Origin: an uncultured Gemmatimonadales bacterium
GTDB lineage: Bacteria > Gemmatimonadota > Gemmatimonadetes > Longimicrobiales > RSA9
Assembly (NCBI GenBank): GCA_963816355.1
Contig: CAWFKH010000006.1
Coordinates: 384,001 to 448,000, forward strand
Direction: 5' to 3'
DNA: 64,000 nucleotides
How positions within the stretch are numbered: position 1 is the first letter of the stretch; the number at the start of each line of letters is the position of its first letter. Shown one piece after another: positions 19,614-29,341 of this stretch. The notes beneath the pieces are model-generated. The model had not been told where the DNA came from. It did not search any database and was given only the letters and a program-made list of their open reading frames with translations. Both the position numbers and the translations under genes were made by a program.

Positions 19614-19630
19614 TTGGCACGGGCTCTGCC
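19614..19630 (+). promoter_or_regulatory. Sigma-54 (-24/-12) promoter for the ADOP permease
   Basis: TTGGCACGGGCTCTGCC, GG-N10-GC. An AT-richer palindrome CGTTG-CGA-CAACG lies upstream. Confidence 0.65.
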
Positions 19631-19706
19631 TTCGTCGGGCTGCGGCGCCACAGCTGCGGCGTTTGCGCTGGCGACCCTTCGCGATCCACCGCTTCCGGAG
19701 CCGATA

Positions 19707-22097
19707 ATGGCCACGCTGCTGCACGATCTTCGCTTCGCTGTGCGGGCGCTGGGTCGTAGCCCCGGCTTCACGGCGGTGGCCGTTTTGACGCTGGCGATCG
19801 GGATCGGCGCGAACACGGCGATCTTCAGCGTGGTGGAGGGTGCTCTCCTGCAGGCGCTCCCGTTCCGGGACGCCTCGCGCCTGGTATGGATCACGGAGAC
19901 GCGTGCATCGACGGGGACGGACCTGATGGTGGATCCGCCGATGCTGCGCGACTGGGCCGAGGGCACGCGGACGTTGAGCGGCATCGCCGCGTGGAGCGTC
20001 GAGTCGCCGACGATCACGGGGCGCGGCGAGCCGACGCGCAGGCCGGCGGCGGCGGTGAGCGCGGCGCTGTTCCCTCTGCTGGGGGTCGAGCCGGCGCTCG
20101 GGCGCTGGATCGCGCCGTCGGAGGACCGCGCGGGCGCGGCCCCGGTCGTCGTACTGGGCGAGGGGCTATGGCGCGAACGCTTCGGCGCGAGTCCGGCGGT
20201 GCTGGGGCAGACGCTCCGGCTCGACGACGAGCCGTACACGATCATCGGCGTCGCGGCGGCCGGCTTCGACTTTCCGGACGGGGCCCAGTTGTGGACGCCC
20301 CTGATGCCGGCGCTGGGCGACGCCGCGACGGTGCGGGGCGCGCATTTCCTGGCGGCGATCGGCCGCCTCTCCCCCGGCGCGACTGCCGGGGCGGCGCAGG
20401 GAGAGCTGGCAGGGCTCGCGCGGGCGATCGGCGAGCGTGAGCAGGGCGCTCGCGACATCGGCGCCAGGGTGGTGGGCCTGCAGGAACACATCGTCGGCGG
20501 AACCCGGCGCGGCCTGCTGGTGCTGCTGGGCGCCGTGACGTTCGTGCTTCTGATCGCGTGCGCGAACGTGGCGAACCTGCTCCTCGCGCGGGGTGTGGGC
20601 CGGCGGCGGGAGCTGGCGGTGCGAAGCGCGCTCGGCGCGAGCGCCGGCGTGCTGGCGCGGCAGCTCCTGGTGGAGAGCGTGGTGCTCGCACTCATCGCGT
20701 GCGCGGTCGGGCTCGCCGTCGCATACTGGACGATGGTGGCGATCGTCGCCCTCGCGGGCTCGCAGCTGCCCCGCGCGGCGGAGATCACGATGAACGCGCC
20801 GGTGCTGCTCTACGCGCTCGTGACGGCGACGGCGACCGGAGTGCTCTTCGGTCTGGCGCCCGCGCTGCACGCGGCGCGCACCGGCCCCCAGGCCGCCCTG
20901 AAGCAGGATCCGCGCGCGGGAGCGCGGAGCGGCCGGCTTCGCCGGGTGCTCGTGGTGGGGGAGCTCGCCGCGACGGTCGTCCTGCTCGCCGCGGTCGGCC
21001 TCATGCTCGAGAGCTTCGTGCGGCTGACGAGCACCGATCCCGGCTTCGTCCCGGACCGCCTCGTCGCGGCGAAGATCACCCTTCCCGCCTCGCGCTACGC
21101 CGACCCCGCGGCGCAGCTTGCGTTCTACACCTCGCTCCGTGACCGGCTCGCCGCGAAGCCGGACGTCCGTGCCGCGGCGATCGTGCGAAACCTGCCGATC
21201 AGCGGCATGACGATGACCTCTCCGGTGTGGGTCGAGGGCGAGCCGGTCGGGCCGCAGGCACCGGAAGGCCAGTTCGCGCCGGTATCGCCGGAGTACTTCC
21301 GCGTCATGGGAATCCCCCTCGTCGCCGGCCGCACCTTCACGGAGCGCGACAACGCCGACACCCCCCCCGTGGCTGTCGTCAGCGCCGTGCTCGCGAAGCG
21401 ACTCTTCGGCGAGCGCAGTCCGCTCGGAGCGACGCTCAGGACCGGCTTCGGCGCCCAATCGCTGCGCATCGTGGGCGTCGTGGGCGATGTGCGCCACGGC
21501 GGCCAGGCGGCGCCGCCGGCGCCTCAGGTCTACGTTCCGTTCAGGCAGAGGGTCTCGCCGTACGAAAGCATCGTGCTCGCCGGCCGCGGCGATCCGAATG
21601 CGCTGCTGCGCGCCGTCCGCGGCGCCGTGCGTGACGCCGATCCCGAACTGGCGATCGACCAGCTCACCACCATGCGCGAGCTGCTCGCGACGTCGGTCGC
21701 GCAGCCGCGCTTCTACCTCGCCCTTCTCGGCCTCTTCGCAGTCGTCGCCCTCATCCTGGCCGTCGTCGGACTGTACAGCGTCATCGCCTACGGCGTGGCG
21801 CGCCGCACCCGCGAGATCGGCATTCGCGTCGCGCTCGGCGCCGAGCGACGCGCCCTCGTCCGCTCCTTCGTCGGAGAAGCCCTGCGCCTCGCCGGGATCG
21901 GAATCGCCATCGGCGTCGCCGGCGCGGCCGTCGCCACGCGCGCTCTGTCGACGCTCCTCTACGAGGTGAAGCCGACGGAGCCGATGGCGTTCGCCGGCGC
22001 CGCACTGCTGCTCGTCGCCGCAAGCGCATTCGCCAGCTGGCTGCCTGCGCTGCGCGCGGCGCGCGTCGAGCCGGTGGAGGCGCTGCGGTACGAGTAG
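19707..22097 (+). CDS. ABC transporter permease, duplicated MacB_PCD/FtsX (ADOP family)
   Basis: [66 protein letters not shown]. Confidence 0.93.
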   Translation: MATLLHDLRFAVRALGRSPGFTAVAVLTLAIGIGANTAIFSVVEGALLQALPFRDASRLVWITETRASTGTDLMVDPPMLRDWAEGTRTLSGIAAWSVESPTITGRGEPTRRPAAAVSAALFPLLGVEPALGRWIAPSEDRAGAAPVVVLGEGLWRERFGASPAVLGQTLRLDDEPYTIIGVAAAGFDFPDGAQLWTPLMPALGDAATVRGAHFLAAIGRLSPGATAGAAQGELAGLARAIGEREQGARDIGARVVGLQEHIVGGTRRGLLVLLGAVTFVLLIACANVANLLLARGVGRRRELAVRSALGASAGVLARQLLVESVVLALIACAVGLAVAYWTMVAIVALAGSQLPRAAEITMNAPVLLYALVTATATGVLFGLAPALHAARTGPQAALKQDPRAGARSGRLRRVLVVGELAATVVLLAAVGLMLESFVRLTSTDPGFVPDRLVAAKITLPASRYADPAAQLAFYTSLRDRLAAKPDVRAAAIVRNLPISGMTMTSPVWVEGEPVGPQAPEGQFAPVSPEYFRVMGIPLVAGRTFTERDNADTPPVAVVSAVLAKRLFGERSPLGATLRTGFGAQSLRIVGVVGDVRHGGQAAPPAPQVYVPFRQRVSPYESIVLAGRGDPNALLRAVRGAVRDADPELAIDQLTTMRELLATSVAQPRFYLALLGLFAVVALILAVVGLYSVIAYGVARRTREIGIRVALGAERRALVRSFVGEALRLAGIGIAIGVAGAAVATRALSTLLYEVKPTEPMAFAGAALLLVAASAFASWLPALRAARVEPVEALRYE

Positions 22098-22105
22098 ACG
22101 GAGGC

Positions 22106-22150
22106 AACGAAAAGCCCCACCTCGCTCGAAGGCGAAATGGGGCTTTCGTT
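22106..22150. terminator. Likely bidirectional intrinsic terminator
   Basis: AACGAAAAGCCCCA..TGGGGCTTTCGTT hairpin between the convergent permease and tRNA array. Confidence 0.7.
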
Positions 22151-22157
22151 TACCCAG

Positions 22158-22231
22158 TCGGGGAGACTGGATTTGAACCAGCGACCCCTGCGTCCCGAAC
22201 GCAGTGCTCTACCGGGCTGAGCTACTCCCCG
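22158..22231 (-). tRNA. tRNA-Pro(CGG)
   Basis: Cloverleaf, anticodon loop TT-CGG-GA. Confidence 0.95.
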
Positions 22232-22259
22232 AATCTTGCCGATCCCGGTCCCGTCTCAG

Positions 22260-22346
22260 CGGACGGGGTGGGATTCGAACCCACGAGGGCGGTTAGACCC
22301 CACACGATTTCCAATCGTGCGCCTTAAGCCGCTCGGCCACCCGTCC
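22260..22346 (-). tRNA. tRNA-Ser(GGA)
   Basis: Long variable arm, TT-GGA-AA. Confidence 0.95.
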
Positions 22347-22409
22347 ATCGCGCCGGCCACCCACCTCCGGATGCTTCGATCCGGCGCCAACCTCGTCGAT
22401 CGAATCCAG

Positions 22410-22497
22410 CGGAGAGGGAGGGATTCGAACCCTCGAGGGCCTTTTGGGCCCAAACGCCTTAGCAGGGCGCCGCCTTAAGCCTCTCGGCCACCTCTCC
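22410..22497 (-). tRNA. tRNA-Ser(GCT)
   Basis: Long variable arm, CT-GCT-AA. Confidence 0.95.
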
Positions 22498-22565
22498 GAG
22501 CCGCTTGCGGGCCGGGCGTCATCCCCGGCGCCGTGACGTCGCGGCACCGATCCAGCGTATCCGAA

Positions 22566-22638
22566 TTGCCCCTCCTGGGTTCGAACCAGGACTCTCCTGA
22601 TCCAGAGTCAGGCGTGTTGCCAATTACACCAAGGGGCA
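22566..22638 (-). tRNA. tRNA-Gln(CTG)
   Basis: CT-CTG-GA, T1-A72 acceptor pair. Confidence 0.95.
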
Positions 22639-22640
22639 TT

Positions 22641-22833
22641 CCGCTCGTGCCTTCCGGGCGCGCTGCTTCGCGCGGCGCGCGCGTGCCCGTTGCCTCTCGC
22701 CGTCTCCGGTTGAACCCGGCCGGCGTCGCGAGTCGGGTCCTGGACCGCCCCGCCCGCTCAGGCGTGGGTCCCGCTGGTGCCTTCAGGGTGCGCCGCTTCG
22801 CGCGGCGCGGCCGTGCCCGTTGCCTCTCGCCGT
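22641..22833. repeat. 63-bp imperfect direct repeat (22641-22703 and 22771-22833)
   Basis: 57/63 identical by manual alignment, in the Gly-Gln tRNA spacer. Confidence 0.8.
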
Positions 22834-22867
22834 TCCCGACCGCGCGGGTTGGTGGAGAGGCGGGACG

Positions 22868-22940
22868 AGCGGGAGACGGGGCTCGAACCCGCGACCCTCA
22901 GCTTGGGAAGCTGATGCTCTGCCAACTGAGCTACTCCCGC
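22868..22940 (-). tRNA. tRNA-Gly(CCC)
   Basis: TT-CCC-AA. Confidence 0.95.
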
Positions 22941-22947
22941 ATCCGAG

Positions 22948-23020
22948 AGCCACCTGTCGGATTCGAACCGACGACCCCATCATTACGAATGATGTGCTCT
23001 ACCGACTGAGCTAAGGTGGC
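22948..23020 (-). tRNA. tRNA-Thr(CGT)
   Basis: TT-CGT-AA. Confidence 0.95.
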
Positions 23021-23024
23021 GAAG

Positions 23025-23097
23025 TGGAGCTGAGGGGAGTCGAACCCCTGACCTCTGCAGTGCGATTGCAGCGCTCTCCCAACTGAGCTACAGCCCC
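23025..23097 (-). tRNA. tRNA-Ala(CGC)
   Basis: AT-CGC-AC, G3-U70. Confidence 0.95.
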
Positions 23098-23158
23098 ACG
23101 AATCGGCCCGACTGGGCTCCCGGTCTTCATGTTGCGCGACGAAGGCGCCGTTCCTCCA

Positions 23159-23232
23159 TGGGCGCGAGAGGACTCGAACCTCTGACCTCTACGATGTCAA
23201 CGTAGCGCTCTAACCAACTGAGCTACGCGCCC
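23159..23232 (-). tRNA. tRNA-Val(GAC)
   Basis: TT-GAC-AT. Confidence 0.95.
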
Positions 23233-23262
23233 CCATACCTTCATCCGACGCATCCGTTCCAG

Positions 23263-23346
23263 TGGTGGGGGAAGGATTCGAACCTTCGTAGGCGTAGCGC
23301 CAGCAGATTTACAGTCTGCCCCGTTTAGCCGCTTCGGTACCCCACC
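23263..23346 (-). tRNA. tRNA-Tyr(GTA)
   Basis: CT-GTA-AA, long variable arm. Confidence 0.95.
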
Positions 23347-23388
23347 GCGATCTGCGGCGTCGCGAGCGAGGGGATCTCGCCGGCCTCA

Positions 23389-23462
23389 TGCGCCCGGGAG
23401 GAGTCGAACCCCCAGCCTTTGGATCCGTAGTCCAACGCTCTGTCCAGTTGAGCTACGGGCGC
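23389..23462 (-). tRNA. tRNA-Arg(ACG)
   Basis: CT-ACG-GA. Confidence 0.95.
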
Positions 23463-23486
23463 GAACCCGATGTGTCAGGAAGCGAA

Positions 23487-23570
23487 TGCCCACGACAGGA
23501 CTCGAACCTGTACGCCGTTGCCGGCACTGGTCCCTCAAACCAGCCTGTCTACCAATTCCAGCACGTGGGC
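23487..23570 (-). tRNA. tRNA-Leu(GAG)
   Basis: TT-GAG-GG, long variable arm. Confidence 0.95.
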
Positions 23571-23614
23571 ACGGCTCGATCACGGCGAGCGTGCGTGGCG
23601 ATGATCGGTCGGAG

Positions 23615-23698
<84 letters not shown>

Positions 23699-23721
23699 CA
23701 TCTCCCGATCCGCCGAGCGCA

Positions 23722-23794
23722 TGGAGCTGAGGGGAATCGAACCCCTGACCTCCTGAATGCCATTCAGGCGCTCTCCCAACTGAGCTACAGCCCC
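23722..23794 (-). tRNA. tRNA-Ala(GGC)
   Basis: AT-GGC-AT, G3-U70. Confidence 0.95.
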
Positions 23795-23950
23795 TCCGTC
23801 CCGCCGCTGCCGCGACGCCGCGATCGATCGATCGCCGGTTGCCGGTGAGACGCGCGACGGCGGGCGGACCCACCTCCGCGGCGCCCCGGCGCTCGACCCG
23901 AATTGTCAAACACCCTGCTCCGCCCGTGCGGCGGACCTTCCTATGCCCAG

Positions 23951-24024
23951 CGGGGCTGACGGGATTTGAACCCGCGACCTCCGGTGTGACAGACCGGCAC
24001 TCTAACCAGCTGAGCTACAGCCCC
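23951..24024 (-). tRNA. tRNA-Asp(GTC)
   Basis: CT-GTC-AC. Confidence 0.95.
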
Positions 24025-24050
24025 ACGGCCCACTTCGATCACCTGCCAGG

Positions 24051-24123
24051 AGCGGGAGACCGGTCTCGAACCGGCGACCTTCACGTTGGCAACGTGACGC
24101 TCTACCAACTGAGCTACTCCCGC
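24051..24123 (-). tRNA. tRNA-Gly(GCC)
   Basis: TT-GCC-AA. Confidence 0.95.
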
Positions 24124-24127
24124 ACAA

Positions 24128-24199
24128 TGCCCCCAAGGGGAATCGAACCCCTATTGCGAGATTGAAAGCCTCGCGTCCTAGCCGTTAGACGATGGGGGC
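24128..24199 (-). tRNA. tRNA-Glu(TTC)
   Basis: CT-TTC-AA. Confidence 0.95.
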
Positions 24200-24393
24200 C
24201 GTTCCGCCCGTCTACCAGGGCGGGCGCGAGCCCGACCCGTGCCCGCGGGCACGAGCGCACCGCGCCGAAGCGGCGCGCCCTCCACCGTCGGCGGCACCCG
24301 ACCCACCACACCCGCACGGCCGGAATCACCCGCGCGGCCGCAGCCCGAAAGCGCGCCGCCAACCGCTACACGCCGTCGCCGCCCGACGGCCGA

Positions 24394-24465
<72 letters not shown>

Positions 24466-24506
24466 GGAAGATCCATCTTCCGCGCCCGACAGCCGCTGCG
24501 ATCAAG

Positions 24507-24579
24507 TACCCCCACGGGGAATCGAACCCCGGTTTTCTGGCTGAGAACCAGATGTCCTAGGCCACTAGACGATGGGGGC
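24507..24579 (-). tRNA. tRNA-Glu(CTC)
   Basis: TT-CTC-AG. Confidence 0.95.
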
Positions 24580-24783
24580 GTCGCGCCCTTCAACCAACCT
24601 GTCCATCCGCCCTGCCCGCCTCCCGCGGGCGCCAGCGCGCCGCACTGAGCGGCGCGCCCCGGAAATGCGCCGGCGCGACCCACGCCGGCCCGCTCCGCGT
24701 TGCGAGCTTCCTGCGCCGTACCCGTCTTTTCAAGACCCGCGCCGGACTCGACTCCCATGTGCCGCGGCCGCGCGCGGGATCCA

Positions 24784-24856
24784 CAGGCCCGGAGGGACTC
24801 GAACCCCCAACCGCCGGTTTTGGAGACCGGTGCTCTACCAGTTGAGCTACGGACCT
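24784..24856 (-). tRNA. tRNA-Trp(CCA)
   Basis: CT-CCA-AA. Confidence 0.95.
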
Positions 24857-24863
24857 ACTGCAG

Positions 24864-24936
24864 TGGCCGGGGACAGAATCGAACTGTCGACACCACGATT
24901 TTCAGTCGTGTGCTCTACCAACTGAGCTACCCGGCC
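24864..24936 (-). tRNA. tRNA-Phe(GAA)
   Basis: CT-GAA-AA. Confidence 0.95.
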
Positions 24937-24979
24937 CGCCCGTCCTCAGAACACCCGGCCCCGTCGAGTGCGGCGGCAC

Positions 24980-25002
24980 AAAAAAACCGCCAGCGAGCGG
25001 CG
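24980..25002 (-). terminator. Terminator-like hairpin plus T-run between tRNA-fMet and tRNA-Phe
   Basis: Minus strand CCGC-TCGCTG-GCGG followed by T7. Confidence 0.45.
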
Positions 25003-25117
25003 CGGCTCCGCGCCTCGCGACGCGTCGCCCGCGGGGACCGCGTCGTGCGGCCGGGACTCCAGGGCCGCGGAGGCGCGCAAGCCCCGGCGCGACGGATCCG
25101 GGGCTTGGCGAGTTCCA

Positions 25118-25191
25118 TAGCGGGGGCGGGATTCGAACCCGCGACCTCCGGGTTATGAGCCCGGCGAGCTACCAGACTGCTCCACCCCGCG
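25118..25191 (-). tRNA. tRNA-fMet(CAT), initiator
   Basis: CT-CAT-AA, three G-C pairs in the anticodon stem, C1:U72 mismatch. Confidence 0.95.
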
Positions 25192-25203
25192 TCGAGGAGG
25201 AAA

Positions 25204-25232
25204 ATGATAACCCGCGCCCGATTGAGTGTCAA
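25204..25232 (-). promoter_or_regulatory. Sigma-70 promoter of the tRNA array
   Basis: TTGACA-N17-TATCAT, 12 nt before tRNA-fMet, with A-tracts upstream. Confidence 0.85.
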
Positions 25233-25389
25233 CCCTCGGAAATGCCGTTTTTTCGGGTGTGGAAGGGGACGTTTTTCGGGTGCGGATCGGCGTCGCTTCG
25301 TGGCTACGGGTCGGCGCCGCATCGCGGCCGGGAAGCGGCGCCGCTGCGGGTCCGGGCGGGGGGTACGGCGGGGGCCGCCGTGCACGGGC

Positions 25390-26640
25390 TCAGCCGCGTC
25401 GCAACGGTGCATCGAGGTCGGGTCGCAGGCGTTCGTAGAGCGCGGAAGCGAGCGTGGCGACGAAGAGGCCCACCGCCCATCCGCCGAGCACGTCGGTGGC
25501 CCACCGCTGCTCGAGGTAGACCTGGCTGACGCCGACCAAGATGGTGGTGAGGACGAGAACCGCTGCGGCGAGCCAGCGGAGCCGCACGCGCTCGCGCACG
25601 AGAGCGTAGGCGGCGGTCAGGAGGACGGCGGTGGCGAGCGTCGCGTGTCCGCTGGGGAAGCTGTAGCCGGGCGTGCTGGCGGCGATCGGCGGCGGCCGGT
25701 GCAGCGTCAGCTTGAGGCCCCGCACGAGGGCGGTGCCGAGGAGCGGCACGGCGGCGACGGCCGCGGCTACCGCGGCGCTTCCGGTCCGGCGCCAGAGGAA
25801 GAGCGCGGCGGCGAGGGCGATGAGGGTGGCGACGAGGCCGCCACCGAGCGGGGCGGCGGCGTGCATGAGGGTGTCGAGGGCGTGCGCGGCGTGGCGGGCG
25901 ACGTAGTGATGGGCGGCGACGTCGAATGCGCCCGACTCGCGGTCGGCCACGTCCTCGACGAGCTTGGCGCCGATGAGGACGGCGGTGACGCTGGCGCCCA
26001 CGATCCAGACCCAGTGCCACGCCAGCCGCGAGATCCAGGAGCGCCCGGGCGCGGTGACGATGCGGTGGAAGAGAAGCGCCGCGAGCATCGTCACCACGCC
26101 CACGCCGCCGAACAGGAGCAGCACCTGATCCGGATCGTGGCCGGCGAGCCCCTGCCATCCCTTGCCGACGCCGTAACCGAGAAGGCCGACGATCGTCGCC
26201 CACGCCACCGCGCCGATCACGTTGAACGTGAGGAAGGTGCGCCAGCGAAGATGGGCGACGCCGGCCGAGAAGGCGGCGACGACGCGGACGCCGGCGACGA
26301 AGCGCGCGAACGCGACGGCGGCCGCTCCGAACCGGTCGAAGAAGGCATCCATGCGTTCGAGGCGTCGGGGCGTGAGCAGCAGCCACTTGCCGTGCCGCTC
26401 CATCCAGGGCCGTCCGAGGCGTCGCCCGAGCAGGTAGCCGAGATTGTCGCCGAGGATCCCGGTGACCGCGGCAAACGCGATCACGAGCGGCAGCGAGAGT
26501 ACGCCCTGCGCCGCAGCGAAGGCGGACGCGATCAGCGCCGTCTCGCCGGGGACCGGCAGCCCCACGCTCTCGAGAAACACGCCGAGCGCCAGGCCGAGGT
26601 AGCCGTAGTGTTCAAGGAAGACGAGAATGTGGTGCAGCAA
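25390..26640 (-). CDS. DedA (VTT) - PAP2 fusion membrane protein
   Basis: FLESVGLPVPGET, GDNLGY..GR, ARFVAGVR. C-terminal SFPSGHA. Confidence 0.88.
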   Translation of the reverse strand: MLHHILVFLEHYGYLGLALGVFLESVGLPVPGETALIASAFAAAQGVLSLPLVIAFAAVTGILGDNLGYLLGRRLGRPWMERHGKWLLLTPRRLERMDAFFDRFGAAAVAFARFVAGVRVVAAFSAGVAHLRWRTFLTFNVIGAVAWATIVGLLGYGVGKGWQGLAGHDPDQVLLLFGGVGVVTMLAALLFHRIVTAPGRSWISRLAWHWVWIVGASVTAVLIGAKLVEDVADRESGAFDVAAHHYVARHAAHALDTLMHAAAPLGGGLVATLIALAAALFLWRRTGSAAVAAAVAAVPLLGTALVRGLKLTLHRPPPIAASTPGYSFPSGHATLATAVLLTAAYALVRERVRLRWLAAAVLVLTTILVGVSQVYLEQRWATDVLGGWAVGLFVATLASALYERLRPDLDAPLRRG

Positions 26641-26686
26641 TCGGCGCGCTCCGTTTTACCGCGCCGGCCACGCACGGACCGGGCCG

Positions 26687-29236
26687 CTACACGACCAGGT
26701 TGATCAGGCGGTCCGGAACGAAGATCACCTTGCGCACGCGGGCGCCATCCAGATGGCGCCTCACGTTCTCGTCATCCAGCGCCGCGCGCGTCGCCGCTTC
26801 CTCGTCGAGGCCGCGCGGGGCGCTCATGCGTGCGCGCACCTTGCCGTTCACCTGGACGACGAACTCGATCGTGTCGGCGGTCGCCTTCGCCGCATCGTAC
26901 TGCGGCCACACGCCGTGCGCCGGGCGCCGCGGCGTCGTGCCGACCGTCGTTTCCGCCTGCGGCCGCCTCCACTCCTCGCCGCCGTCGAAGATCGGCCGCT
27001 CGTGGCCGAGCCGCTCCCACAGCTCCTCGGCGAGGTGCGGCGCGAAGGGCGCGACGAGCAGGACGAGCGGCTCGACCTCCGCGCGGCTCGCCTGCCGGCC
27101 TGCCTCCCGGACCGCGTTCAGGTACTCCATCATCGCCGCGATCGCGGTGTTGTAGCGGAACGCCTCGATGTCCTCGGTCACCTTGCGGATGGTGGCGTGC
27201 AGCTTCTGCTCGAGGTCTCCTTCGATCGGCGAGGCGGCGAGCCCTTCGGCCACCGTGTCCCACAGCCGCGAGAGGAAGCCGTACGGTCCCTGCAGCCCCT
27301 GGTCGCGGAAGTCGCCGCCCTCCTGGTACGGCCCGAGGAACATCAGGTAGGTGCGGAAGGTGTCCGCGCCCCAGCGCGCGATGTACTCGTCCGGGACGAC
27401 GGTGTTGCCCCGGCTCTTCGACATCTTCATGCCGTCCTTGATGATCAGGCCGTGCTTGCGGAAGCGCTCGTAGGGCTCCTCGAACGGCAGCAGCCCCACG
27501 TCGTGCAGCACCATCGTGACGAAGCGCGAGTAGAGCAGGTGCAGCACCGCGTGCTCCTCGCCGCCGATGTAGGTGTCGACGGGGAGCCACTTCGCCGTGA
27601 GCGCCGCATCGAAGGCGACGTCGTCCCGGTTCGCCGAAGGGTAGCGCAGGAAGTACCACGCGCTGTCGAGGAACGTGTCGCTCACGTCCGTCTCGCGCCG
27701 CGCCTCGCCGCCGCAGCGCGGGCACGGAACACGGTACCACGCCTCCGCGCGCGCGAGCGGGCTCACGCCGCTCTCGTCCGGCTTGTAGTCCTCGACGTAG
27801 GGCAGCTCGACCGGCAGATCCGTCTCCGGCACCGGCACCGTGCCGCACGCGTCGCAGTACAGGATCGGGATCGGCGGCCCCCAGTAGCGCTGCCGCGAGA
27901 TGCACCAGTCGTGCAGCCGGTAGTTGACCCGGCGACGTCCCAGCCGCCGCTCCTCGAGCCACGCCGTGATCCGGGCCTTCCCCTCCTCCCACGGCAGACG
28001 ATCGAACTCCCCGGAGTTGACCAGCACGCCGTCGCCGAGGTACGCCGCCTCGAGCGGCGTCGTCGCGTCCTCGTCCGGACCCGCGACCACGCGTCGGATC
28101 GGCAGGCCGAACTGGCGCGCGAACTCGAAGTCGCGCTCGTCGTGCCCCGGTACCGCCATGATCGCGCCGGTGCCGTACTCCATGAGCACGTAGTCCGCGA
28201 TCCACACCGGGATCTCCGCGCCGGTCGCGGGATTGACGCAGTAGCCGCCGGTGAAGACGCCGGTCTTGGCGCGGTCGCCCTTCCTGCGGGAGACGAGGTC
28301 GGTGGCGGTGGCGCGGGCGCGGTACGCCTCTACGTCGGCGCGGCGGTCGTCGCTGGTGAGCGTATCGAGCGCGGGGTGCTCCGGCGCGAGGACCATGAAG
28401 GTCGCGCCGAAGATCGTGTCGGGGCGCGTCGTGAAGACACGGATCGCGTGCTCGTCGGCGTGCAGCTCGGCGGGCTCGTGGCGGTCTTCGGCGGCTTTGC
28501 GGCGTGCGATCGGGAAGACGAGCTCGGCGCCGTCGCTCTTCCCGATCCAGTTCTCCTGCGCCTTCTTCGTCGTCTCCGACCAGTCGATCCAGGAGAGGTT
28601 CTCGAGCAGCCGCTCCGCGTAGGCGGTGATGCGGAAGAACCACTGCGAGAGGATGCGCTGCTCGACCAGGGTGCCGCAGCGCTCGCACGCGCCGGCGATC
28701 ACCTGCTCGTTCGCGAGCACCGTATGGCACGACGGGCACCAGTTGACCGGCGCCTCCTTCTTCTCCGCGAGCCCCGCTTCGTACAGCTTCAGGAAGATCC
28801 ACTGCGTCCAGCGGTAGTACGACGGGTCGGTCGTGTCGACCGTGTGGTTCCAGTCGTACATCGCGCCCACGCGCCGCAGCTGGCGCGTGAAGTTCGCCAC
28901 GTTCTTCGGGATCAGCTCCATCGGGTGCGTGCCGATGCGGAGCGCGAAGTTCTCCGAGTGGATGCCGAAAGCGTCGAACCCGATCGGCTCGAAGACGTCC
29001 TCCCCGCGCAGGCGCTGGAAGCGGCCGTAGATGTCCGCACCCGTGAACGCGTAGAGGTTGCCGACGTGCAGGCCCTCCGCCGATGGGTAGGGGAACATCA
29101 TCAGGTTGAAGAACGGCCGCTCCGCCCTCGCGAGCGCTTCGTCGCTCCAGCGGTTCGTGCCGCGCTCCTCCCAGCGCGCCTGCCACTTCTCCTCGATCGC
29201 GCTCGGATCGTACGGGGTCCGGCTGCTCTCGCTCAT
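26687..29236 (-). CDS. leuS: Leucine--tRNA ligase
   Basis: MFPYPS..LHVGN, FTTRPDT editing motif, YGTGAIMAVPGHDERD, WCISRQRYWG, KMSKS. Confidence 0.97.
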   Translation of the reverse strand: MSESSRTPYDPSAIEEKWQARWEERGTNRWSDEALARAERPFFNLMMFPYPSAEGLHVGNLYAFTGADIYGRFQRLRGEDVFEPIGFDAFGIHSENFALRIGTHPMELIPKNVANFTRQLRRVGAMYDWNHTVDTTDPSYYRWTQWIFLKLYEAGLAEKKEAPVNWCPSCHTVLANEQVIAGACERCGTLVEQRILSQWFFRITAYAERLLENLSWIDWSETTKKAQENWIGKSDGAELVFPIARRKAAEDRHEPAELHADEHAIRVFTTRPDTIFGATFMVLAPEHPALDTLTSDDRRADVEAYRARATATDLVSRRKGDRAKTGVFTGGYCVNPATGAEIPVWIADYVLMEYGTGAIMAVPGHDERDFEFARQFGLPIRRVVAGPDEDATTPLEAAYLGDGVLVNSGEFDRLPWEEGKARITAWLEERRLGRRRVNYRLHDWCISRQRYWGPPIPILYCDACGTVPVPETDLPVELPYVEDYKPDESGVSPLARAEAWYRVPCPRCGGEARRETDVSDTFLDSAWYFLRYPSANRDDVAFDAALTAKWLPVDTYIGGEEHAVLHLLYSRFVTMVLHDVGLLPFEEPYERFRKHGLIIKDGMKMSKSRGNTVVPDEYIARWGADTFRTYLMFLGPYQEGGDFRDQGLQGPYGFLSRLWDTVAEGLAASPIEGDLEQKLHATIRKVTEDIEAFRYNTAIAAMMEYLNAVREAGRQASRAEVEPLVLLVAPFAPHLAEELWERLGHERPIFDGGEEWRRPQAETTVGTTPRRPAHGVWPQYDAAKATADTIEFVVQVNGKVRARMSAPRGLDEEAATRAALDDENVRRHLDGARVRKVIFVPDRLINLVV

Positions 29237-29341
29237 CTCGCGTCGGTCGACGTGTCTCGATCGGAGGCCGCGCCGCACGGCCGGCCGGCGCCCTCGCGAG
29301 CTGCAACTATAACGGATCGGGGAAGGGGACCGCGAGGCGCC

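Noticed and set aside
18759..19706. Long N-terminal extension of the ADOP permease ORF
   Set aside because: Family homology starts at ATG 19707. The extension is antisense to the 19083-19400 gene and spans the promoter.
22641..22833. Possible CRISPR mini-array
   Set aside because: Only two long imperfect copies, and no cas genes or leader.
29055..29075. LeuRS HVGN instead of HIGH
   Set aside because: An HxGN variant is tolerated in class I synthetases, and all other motifs are intact.
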